This document shows, piece after piece, positions 8,958-15,581 of a stretch of 64,000 nt of DNA. The stretch's first letter is position 1. Every line of letters starts with the position of its first letter. Position numbers and translations under genes: made by a program. The notes under the pieces are model-generated. The model saw only the letters and a program-made list of their open reading frames with translations. It was not told the origin of the DNA and ran no database searches. This DNA comes from a virus, in IMG/VR virus record IMGVR_UViG_3300035698_035359, positions 26,260 through 90,259 of that record; one strand, 5' to 3'.

Positions 8958-10025
8958 GAATAAAATCACTATTAATAATTATTATTCATTATTACATCAG
9001 AAGTCAAAAAGAGTGTTTATTACTGCATAATGTCTTATCCTATAGTCACGCATCCCTCACGCTACCCGAAAGGATTGGAACTCATACTTAAAGCTGGTAA
9101 ATAAACAAATACAATACCTGTATTAATAAGAAGAATTAAATTATTAATACTATTATACCATTGATTGATTGCATGAATGAGGTAATCTTGGCTATTTATA
9201 GGCAAAATGGATGCTATTAGAACGGTGTTGATTGCTCAAGATGCCATGTGGCTACTTGCACATGAATTGGTTATTTATAGGTGAAAATAAGGCGGATAAA
9301 ATTGAAAATACTTCCATTACCAAAAATAATAATACTATTACTACATAGCTAATTATTATTAATAATACGCATACTAGTTATTAATAAAATTATTACTATG
9401 TATGATACATTATTACTTATGAGCATAACACCATACTTGACGCTTGATACACCTAAGATACCACATCCTAATACAGAGTGTTATAATAATTATTACAAGT
9501 ACTATAATTAGTATTACTGTTATTATTATTGTATTACTAATGATTGATTAATATACCCGAAGAAGAAATATATATATTCGGATTGAGCTTGTTTTCCCTA
9601 GTCTAACAATAGACTATATACAGTAAAGCTATATAGCGTATAGAGTTAAGGCTTCAGCTTGACGGGGTACGTCAAAACCAGCACAGCCCCACACTCCCAC
9701 CACCACACTCTACTATACCACTCTCTGCAATATCTACATCCGACATCCATTCTAGTCACACACACGGTATATCACTGTTTTTCGGCACATTCTTCCAAAA
9801 CGCTCAGTTTCATTTCCTCATGGCTACATGCTATTCCAATGGAAATTCCAAGCTATCCAATCGTTTTTCTTTAATACTATGTTTTATTATTTTTGTCTCT
9901 TATTGCTTATTATTCGTTATTTGCTTCTATTTTGTTCTATTTGTTATAACTCTAATATATAACTTTAGTTATGATAAATAAACTACTATATTATATATTT
10001 ATTTTAATTTATTTTATTTTTTTAC

Positions 10026-10053
10026 TTAACTTTTACATCTTTCCTGCTATAAT
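10026..10053 (+). promoter_or_regulatory. probable rightward promoter (extended -10)
   Basis: TGCTATAAT upstream of the first rightward gene; weak -35. Confidence 0.5.
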
Positions 10054-10116
10054 ATATATGAGAGCTATAATAGTTATAGTATGTATATTAATACTATATT
10101 ACAATAAGGAGAGTTT

Positions 10117-10935
10117 GTGGAAGATAGTAGTAGTAGTAAGCAAGAAGTAACCCAGCGTCAAATAGATGCTGAATATAAAAGACTGAAAGCTTTAATGTAT
10201 TCGAAACATTGGCCTGAGGAAAAGTTACAAACAAAGGCTAAAGAAATAGCAATTCGAAAGCTAATTCCAACTGTTGCAACAATTATAGATGTGACTTCTT
10301 TATTTAAAAATAAAACTGAAATCAAAGATGCAAAGAAACTATTGGAGAAGTATTTAATAGATTTTTCCCCTACCACAGTTTCAGACAAGAATAATTTAAG
10401 AAGTTTAATATATCTTGAAATAATGCAACTTAGATTACAGAATAAAATGAATGAGCATGCCGACAAGGACAGTGCTATTCCATTACAAATGATGAATGCT
10501 ATACATAGCAATCTAAATGAGATTAATGTTGTAAAGGAGAAGCTTGGACTAATAGGAAAAGACAAAGAGGTTGCTAAAACTGATGCATATAAAGCTTTAG
10601 AGCTTAAAATCAAACGACATAGACAATGGATGGATGCAAACCAAGGAAGTAGAACAATGCCATGCCCACATTGTGGGAAGATTGCTTTATGGAAAATTCG
10701 CACTAATATCTGGGAAGCACAGAAACATCCGTTCTTCCGTGACAAAGTGCTTTATAATAGACATTTAATTAAGATGTATTTAATGAAACAAGTTAGTAGA
10801 CAAGATGTGGCAGATGTGTTGGAAGTATCTTCGGATTATATAGATTGGTTAGTTGAGAAATATAAGATGACTCCAGATTTTAGAGTAATACAAGCTGAAA
10901 TTAAAGCCCAAGCAAACAAAGAATCGGGTTCATAA
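10117..10935 (+). CDS. phage protein with CxxC and C-terminal HTH-like segment (terminase small subunit or regulator candidate)
   Basis: CPHCGK, VSRQDVADVLEVSSDYIDW; first gene of the arm leading to terL; AAGGAG SD, GTG start. Confidence 0.55.
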   Translation: MEDSSSSKQEVTQRQIDAEYKRLKALMYSKHWPEEKLQTKAKEIAIRKLIPTVATIIDVTSLFKNKTEIKDAKKLLEKYLIDFSPTTVSDKNNLRSLIYLEIMQLRLQNKMNEHADKDSAIPLQMMNAIHSNLNEINVVKEKLGLIGKDKEVAKTDAYKALELKIKRHRQWMDANQGSRTMPCPHCGKIALWKIRTNIWEAQKHPFFRDKVLYNRHLIKMYLMKQVSRQDVADVLEVSSDYIDWLVEKYKMTPDFRVIQAEIKAQANKESGS

Positions 10936-10953
10936 ACAACCACGAGGTATATT

Positions 10954-11133
10954 ATGTCAGGTAAATGTGGAGCATGTGATTATGGTTTTTTAGTATGTAA
11001 ACCCTATGGAAACGGTGATTGGGTAATAACTTGTACCAATTGTAAGTTTAGACAAGTTAGGAAAGACTGGCGAAGGTATCAGCGGAGGCGACAGCCGAGG
11101 CATGATGCCAGAGACAGAAGGAATAAAATGTAA
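10954..11133 (+). CDS. 59-aa zinc-ribbon protein with Arg-rich tail
   Basis: GAGGT SD; MSGKCGACDYG...CTNCKFRQVRKDWRRYQRRRQPRH; not in ORF track. Confidence 0.65.
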   Translation: MSGKCGACDYGFLVCKPYGNGDWVITCTNCKFRQVRKDWRRYQRRRQPRHDARDRRNKM

Positions 11134-11144
11134 GGAGAAAAAGT

Positions 11145-11432
11145 ATGGAAAGTTATACAGGGCAACAAAGCTTTGCTGGAACAGAATTGATGACAATTAG
11201 TAACACAGGAGATTATCAGATAGGACAATGTGATATATATCCTAACCATTATTATCCATTTTGGGAAAAGGAAGTTCATCACTATTATCCGTCAGTTTCT
11301 TATGTAACTGAAAAAAATAAGATAGAACAAGCTTTTAAGATAGTTAGAAAACTTTTAGAAAAAAAGATTATTAATAATATTAATGTAGCGAAGTTTATGG
11401 ATTTAGTACATGAAATAGCGAGCATTATATAA
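11145..11432 (+). CDS. hypothetical protein
   Basis: AAGGAG SD, 95 aa. Confidence 0.65.
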   Translation: MESYTGQQSFAGTELMTISNTGDYQIGQCDIYPNHYYPFWEKEVHHYYPSVSYVTEKNKIEQAFKIVRKLLEKKIINNINVAKFMDLVHEIASII

Positions 11433-11449
11433 TAGCTTGGAGAAATCTT

Positions 11450-12037
11450 ATGAAGCAATATATTAGAGCAGATATTGAAATTTTTCACGATTGTGGAATT
11501 TTAATTCCAAATAGAACAATATATTTCGGGAGTGAAATTGAGGATGAAGGTGAAGAGGGTGGGGTTGATTTTGCTTCTTCAAAGAAAGTTATTAAAAACT
11601 TACTTTACTTAGATAATAAGGGAGATGAACCAATAACGCTTTATTGGAATAGTCCTGGAGGATGTGTTTTTCGTGGTATGGCAATTTATGATGTTATAAA
11701 AGGATTACGTTCTAAAGTAATTATGATTGGGTTAGGTATGGTGCGTTCTATGGGAACAATTATAATGCAAGCTTGTGATGAAAGAATATTAAGCCCAAAT
11801 ACAGATTTTATGATACATGACGGAACTAGCGTAAATTATGGCGAAACAAAAACAGTTATTGCTTGGGGCAAATGGGATGAAAAAGAATTAGATAGAATGT
11901 ATAGTATATATTTAGAAAAAATACAAGTAAAACATCCTAAATATACCAAAAAACAAATATCTGATTTATGTACTCACGATTGTATAATGAGTGGTGCAAA
12001 GGCTTTAGAATTAGGTCTAGTTGATAAAGTATTATAA
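11450..12037 (+). CDS. clpP: ClpP-family serine protease
   Basis: RTIYF, NSPGG, GMAIYD, G..RSMG (Ser), FMIHD (His), ALELGLVDKV. Confidence 0.9.
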   Translation: MKQYIRADIEIFHDCGILIPNRTIYFGSEIEDEGEEGGVDFASSKKVIKNLLYLDNKGDEPITLYWNSPGGCVFRGMAIYDVIKGLRSKVIMIGLGMVRSMGTIIMQACDERILSPNTDFMIHDGTSVNYGETKTVIAWGKWDEKELDRMYSIYLEKIQVKHPKYTKKQISDLCTHDCIMSGAKALELGLVDKVL

Positions 12038-12045
12038 AATAAAGC

Positions 12046-12075
12046 TTTACAAAGTCACTATGAATGTAGTATAAT
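12046..12075 (+). promoter_or_regulatory. promoter for tRNA cluster
   Basis: TTTACA-18 nt-TATAAT just upstream of the cluster. Confidence 0.55.
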
Positions 12076-12096
12076 AAAGGAGTAAGATAAAATTAA

Positions 12097-12120
12097 ATAA
12101 TTCCATTGAGAATTATTCCA
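12097..12120 (+). ncRNA. acceptor-stem-like microhelix 1 ending U-CCA
   Basis: ATAATTC-cattga-GAATTAT-T-CCA abutting tRNA-Met. Confidence 0.6.
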
Positions 12121-12197
12121 TGCAGAGACAAGCCTTGGTAGGCTAGAAAGGTTCATACCCTTTATTATTGTGGATTCGATTTCCACCTCTGCTACCA
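12121..12197 (+). tRNA. tRNA-Met(CAT), initiator-like
   Basis: AAAGG-TT CAT AC-CCTTT anticodon arm, GTGGA-TTCGATT-TCCAC T arm, unpaired 1:72, encoded CCA. Confidence 0.8.
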
Positions 12198-12262
12198 AAT
12201 TATCCTGCTACTTGAGGTTAATAATATCCAGTGAGATGTAACCAAGCAGAGTAGCACTTATA

Positions 12263-12301
12263 AGGGGTAGGTGTTAAGGTTCTTAACTATCTACCTCTCC
12301 A
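12263..12301 (+). ncRNA. minihelix-like hairpin 2 ending U-CCA
   Basis: AGGGGTAGGTGTTAAG-gtt-CTTAACtATCTACCTCT-CCA abutting tRNA-Pro. Confidence 0.6.
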
Positions 12302-12379
12302 CTGGGTATAGGGGAGTTTGGCCACCCCGTCTCGTTTGGGGCGAGAAGAACGCAGGTTCGAATCCTGCTACCTAGACCA
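12302..12379 (+). tRNA. tRNA-Pro(TGG)
   Basis: TCTCG-TT TGG GG-CGAGA, GGTTCGAATCC, CCA. Confidence 0.92.
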
Positions 12380-12453
12380 AGGGATATAGTATAATGGTAG
12401 TGCATCGGTTTTACATACCGAGAGCGAAAGTTCGATTCTTTCTATTCCAACCA
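12380..12453 (+). tRNA. tRNA-Val(TAC)
   Basis: TCGGT-TT TAC AT-ACCGA, GTTCGATTC, CCA; 1:72 mismatch. Confidence 0.88.
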
Positions 12454-12529
12454 TCTGGAGTAGCTCACTGGTAGAGCGTTGGGTTGAAGACCCGAGACAG
12501 AGGTGGTTCGATTCCACTCTCTAGAACCA
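12454..12529 (+). tRNA. tRNA-Phe(GAA)
   Basis: TTGGG-TT GAA GA-CCCGA, GGTTCGATTCC, CCA. Confidence 0.9.
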
Positions 12530-12603
12530 AGTCGTGTGGTGTAATGGTAACACAAGCGACTGTTAATCGCTTGATACAGGTTCGAATCCTGTCGTGACTG
12601 CCA
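12530..12603 (+). tRNA. tRNA-Asn(GTT)
   Basis: AGCGA-CT GTT AA-TCGCT, GGTTCGAATCC, GCCA. Confidence 0.93.
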
Positions 12604-12709
12604 CAGTTGATAGTTTAAAAGGTAGTTTACTATACTAGTCGATGTAACTACTGCTAAAATCCTTTCTATCTGAAAGGGGATTTAGGTGGAAGTCCTAATC
12701 AACTGACCA
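12604..12709 (+). ncRNA. aberrant tRNA-like RNA with ~32-nt hairpin inserted in the D loop
   Basis: perfect acceptor CAGTTGA/TCAACTG-A-CCA, T arm TTAGG-TGGAAGT-CCTAA, arm CCTTT-CTATCTG-AAAGG, D-loop hairpin GGTAGTT...AACTACT. Confidence 0.7.
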
Positions 12710-12717
12710 AATATTAT

Positions 12718-12739
12718 AGAAAGTTTTTACTTTCTTCCA
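12718..12739 (+). ncRNA. microhelix 3 ending U-CCA
   Basis: AGAAAGT-tttt-ACTTTCT-T-CCA, exact 7 bp, abutting tRNA-Gly. Confidence 0.65.
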
Positions 12740-12816
12740 GCGTCTATGGTGTTAACGGACAAGCATGATAGATTTCCAATCTATTGGTTTCGGTTCGAAT
12801 CCGAATAGACGCTCCA
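12740..12816 (+). tRNA. tRNA-Gly(TCC)
   Basis: ATAGA-TT TCC AA-TCTAT, GCGTCTA/TAGACGC, TCCA. Confidence 0.93.
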
Positions 12817-12900
12817 GGGAAGGTAGTTTAGTCCTATTAAGCCATGGTAACTTGTAGGATAAGATGATTCAAAAGTGGGTGTAAATTCTCACCCTTCTCT
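12817..12900 (+). ncRNA. aberrant tRNA-like RNA lacking a normal anticodon arm and encoded CCA
   Basis: GGGAAGG/CCTTCTC acceptor, TAGTTTA, hairpin GTCCTA...TAGGAT, T arm GTGGG/CTCAC. Confidence 0.55.
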
Positions 12901-12908
12901 AAAATTAT

Positions 12909-12931
12909 AGAAGATATAATATCTTCTTCCA
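12909..12931 (+). ncRNA. microhelix 4 ending U-CCA
   Basis: AGAAGAT-ataat-ATCTTCT-T-CCA abutting tRNA-Cys. Confidence 0.65.
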
Positions 12932-13006
12932 GGCTATGTAGCCAAATGGCTAAGGCAATGAGTTGCAACCTCATTAATGGAGGTTCGATTCCTTCCGTAG
13001 TCTCCA
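12932..13006 (+). tRNA. tRNA-Cys(GCA)
   Basis: ATGAG-TT GCA AC-CTCAT, GGTTCGATTCC, TCCA. Confidence 0.92.
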
Positions 13007-13081
13007 GGGACCATAGTGTCAATGGTAGCATTTCTCCCCTGCAAGGAGAAGGTTAGGGTTCAAATCCCTATGGCTCCACCA
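13007..13081 (+). tRNA. tRNA-Ala(TGC)
   Basis: TCTCC-CC TGC AA-GGAGA, G3:U70 pair, ACCA. Confidence 0.88.
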
Positions 13082-13156
13082 GCCCGTTTAGTATAACGAT
13101 AGTATAATTCCCTTGTAAGGAATAGGTGGTGGTTTAATTCCGACCAATGGGCTCCA
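13082..13156 (+). tRNA. tRNA-Thr(TGT)
   Basis: ATTCC-CT TGT AA-GGAAT, GCCCGTT/AATGGGC, TCCA. Confidence 0.85.
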
Positions 13157-13161
13157 AAAAT

Positions 13162-13338
13162 ATGACATTAAAATATACAATTTATAAAATAACTAATTTA
13201 ATAAATAATAGGTTTTATATTGGGATGCATAGAACAAAAAATATTAATGATTATTATTTAGGTTCTGGTAAATTAATCATACAAGCGATAGAAAAATATG
13301 GTGAAGAAAATATTGTAAATTTATTGATAACAAGTTAG
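13162..13338 (+). pseudogene. truncated GIY-YIG (Seg-like) homing endonuclease
   Basis: YTIYKITNLINNRFYIGMH...YLGSG...AIEKYGEEN, then similarity breaks and the frame stops after 58 aa. Confidence 0.8.
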
Positions 13339-13366
13339 AAACTATTAAAAAATAAAAACAGTTTAA

Positions 13367-13395
13367 ATATACAAGAGATTAATTTGTATATTCCA
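13367..13395 (+). ncRNA. microhelix 5 ending U-CCA
   Basis: ATATACAAG-agattaa-TTTGTATAT-T-CCA abutting tRNA-Asp. Confidence 0.6.
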
Positions 13396-13470
13396 GGTAG
13401 ATTAGTGTAATGAAAAGCACGTGGCTCTGTCGAAGCCAAAGCGAGAGATTGATACTCTCATTTACCGCCA
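13396..13470 (+). tRNA. tRNA-Asp(GTC)
   Basis: TGGCT-CT GTC GA-AGCCA, GCCA end; atypical T and D loops. Confidence 0.8.
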
Positions 13471-13544
13471 GAGGATTTGGTGTAATGGAAACATTTGTAG
13501 CTCCAAACTACAAGACATGGGTTCGATTCCTATAATCTTTGCCA
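13471..13544 (+). tRNA. tRNA-Trp(CCA)
   Basis: TGTAG-CT CCA AA-CTACA, GGTTCGATTCC, GCCA. Confidence 0.88.
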
Positions 13545-13560
13545 ATAAAAAGGAGAAACA

Positions 13561-13755
13561 ATGTTTAATAATAAAAAAAGATGGGACAATGAACAACCAG
13601 AAATTGAGTTTCCGTCACTTGATATACTTAAAGATTGTTTATGTTTTATGTTTTGTATTCAAGTAAAGAAAAATAAACAGTTTCTTTCGTGTTATAAGCA
13701 AGCTTTAGAATCACAGTTAAAAATGGTGGGTCAAGAGTTAAAGACTTTAGATTAA
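13561..13755 (+). CDS. hypothetical small protein
   Basis: AAGGAG SD; CLCFMFC...C. Confidence 0.6.
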   Translation: MFNNKKRWDNEQPEIEFPSLDILKDCLCFMFCIQVKKNKQFLSCYKQALESQLKMVGQELKTLD

Positions 13756-13775
13756 TATTAATTTAAGGGGAGCTT

Positions 13776-13889
13776 ATGTCCAGAGATGGTAAAGGAAGTT
13801 TTTACAAGAAATTAAAAGTTGATAAGGAGACACGAAATATTATTCGTGAATTTAGGTCATGGAAGAAGAAAATTATTAATAAGAAATAA
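13776..13889 (+). CDS. 37-aa basic peptide
   Basis: GGGGAG SD; MSRDGKGSFYKKLKVDKETRNIIREFRSWKKKIINKK. Confidence 0.5.
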   Translation: MSRDGKGSFYKKLKVDKETRNIIREFRSWKKKIINKK

Positions 13890-13918
13890 TTTTAAAAAAT
13901 AAGTATAAAGTTTTATAT

Positions 13919-13956
13919 AACCCGTTATAGATTATGTTTCTATAGCGGGTTTTTTA
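13919..13956 (+). terminator. intrinsic terminator
   Basis: AACCCGTTATAGA/TCTATAGCGGGTT stem followed by T run. Confidence 0.8.
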
Positions 13957-13974
13957 TTTATATAAGGAGAATAT

Positions 13975-15570
13975 GTGTTAGAGAAATTATCAAATGAAGA
14001 ATTAGATTTTATGGATAGTTGGTTTTATCCGATATGTCAAGCAGAGACTTTGTTTTCGGATTTTGACAATCTCGCAATGATGGAAGATGGTATATTAGGT
14101 AATATAAGGCTTGGTCAATTCCCCTTACTTTCTTATGAATATTTATTAGATGATGAAAATCCTAGTCTTTCTAAAAAAGAGAATTTTCAATTAAGAAAAA
14201 GATTAGGAGATATTTACTGTTTTGGTGGAAGATTGTTTGGAAAAACTTTAATATTAGAAAAAATAGATATGATGATTTCGATGATATTGCAAGGAGCAGA
14301 AAAGGTTGGATTTACTTCCGCTGATGCTTCGCACATTGAAGGTGTTTTAGAAGATGTTTTATATGGGGTAGAAAATCACCCATTTATGAAATTATATGAA
14401 CCTAGTACCAAAAGAAACCCTTACACTGTAAAGTTAAAAACTGGTTATCATATGTTAGGCGTTAATATGAACGTATATGGAAAGAATCCTGGAAAGAATT
14501 TTTTTCAGAAGCATTTTACTAGGCTTTATATAGAAGAAGCTAGTATGGAAACAGATGAAGTTTATAAGAAAAGACGTGATAGTGTTTCGGAATTAGGATG
14601 TGTATTCCGTGTTGCTGGAATGACAGATTTCATAAAACATAGCCCCTGTGGTAGTGTAATGGATGATATAACAAAGATACCTTGGCTTTGTAATCTTCCA
14701 CAATATGTAAACCCAAATTGGAATGAGAAATCTAAAGTAGATGCTATTAGAGATTTTGGCGGGGAACAAACAATTGAATTTAGAATATTTATCAAAGGAG
14801 AAATAGTTGAAGATGCTATAACTGTTTTTGATATGGGAAGAATTCGCCCCCAGTATAATCAAAATAGAAGAGTTAAATTTTTTGAAGTAAACAAAGATAC
14901 TTTTGATTTATTTGAGCAAATAATAATAGTAGAGAGACCCTCTAACGCAGCAACAGTATTTATATCTGCGGATATTGGGGAATCTGCTCCAACGGAAATA
15001 GGAATATTTTTTGAAATAAATAAAAAATATAGATACGTTTATAATATTACTTTATATAATTTAACAGATAAAGAACAATTTAAAATTTTTAAATTTTTAG
15101 GTGAAATATTAGGTAGTAATTATATTGGGCTTGATTGCTCAGATGGTACTGGAAGAGCAATTTTCCGTTCTTTAGAAGAAGTATTTCCGAAAGAAAATTT
15201 AAACTGGTGTTCATTTAATGAAAAAGTAGCAGTAGACTATGTTAAAGATAAAGATGAGGAAGGTAAAGAAGTACTTGTGCTAAAAAATGGTAAGCCAGTT
15301 GAAAAAATGGAATATGTTGTTGCTTGGTCAGTTAAGAGATTACAACATTTATTATATGGGGAACTTTTTGATTTACCCATAGATAACAAGTTTGATACTC
15401 AATTTAATAAAGTAAAATGTTTTAAAACTGGTAACAGAGTTGTATATAAATGTCTCGGAGAAGACCATCTATTCCAAATGTTCCAAGTTTTTGCAATTAT
15501 GCAATGGGATAGAGAATGGTGCAATAATAAACCTATAAAAAAATTAACTTTTTGTAAGTCAGGGAAATAA
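13975..15570 (+). CDS. terL: terminase large subunit
   Basis: GGRLFGKT Walker A, LYIEE Walker B, RNase H-like nuclease acidic residues (ISADIG, GLDCSDG, EDH); position before portal. Confidence 0.8.
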   Translation: MLEKLSNEELDFMDSWFYPICQAETLFSDFDNLAMMEDGILGNIRLGQFPLLSYEYLLDDENPSLSKKENFQLRKRLGDIYCFGGRLFGKTLILEKIDMMISMILQGAEKVGFTSADASHIEGVLEDVLYGVENHPFMKLYEPSTKRNPYTVKLKTGYHMLGVNMNVYGKNPGKNFFQKHFTRLYIEEASMETDEVYKKRRDSVSELGCVFRVAGMTDFIKHSPCGSVMDDITKIPWLCNLPQYVNPNWNEKSKVDAIRDFGGEQTIEFRIFIKGEIVEDAITVFDMGRIRPQYNQNRRVKFFEVNKDTFDLFEQIIIVERPSNAATVFISADIGESAPTEIGIFFEINKKYRYVYNITLYNLTDKEQFKIFKFLGEILGSNYIGLDCSDGTGRAIFRSLEEVFPKENLNWCSFNEKVAVDYVKDKDEEGKEVLVLKNGKPVEKMEYVVAWSVKRLQHLLYGELFDLPIDNKFDTQFNKVKCFKTGNRVVYKCLGEDHLFQMFQVFAIMQWDREWCNNKPIKKLTFCKSGK

Positions 15571-15581
15571 AGGAGAAGAAT

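Noticed and set aside
9659-9874. 71-aa His/Ser-rich ORF
   Set aside because: TTG start with no SD; composition reflects the C/A-rich non-coding tract.
10158-10745. 195-aa antisense ORF (and similar antisense ORFs throughout the track)
   Set aside because: Shadow frames of well-supported genes on the opposite strand, with no SD or motifs.
12837-13031. ORFs overlapping the tRNA cluster (also 13421-13666)
   Set aside because: They overlap clear tRNA genes.
12097-13544. CRISPR-like array or suppressor tRNA / alternative genetic code
   Set aside because: Recurrent elements are tRNA motifs, not identical repeats; no CTA/TTA/TCA anticodon; long genes are intact in code 11 and end in TAA, TAG and TGA.
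13975-15570. Intein or intron in terminase
   Set aside because: Length of 531 aa is ordinary and no Hint or LAGLIDADG motifs or frame breaks were seen.
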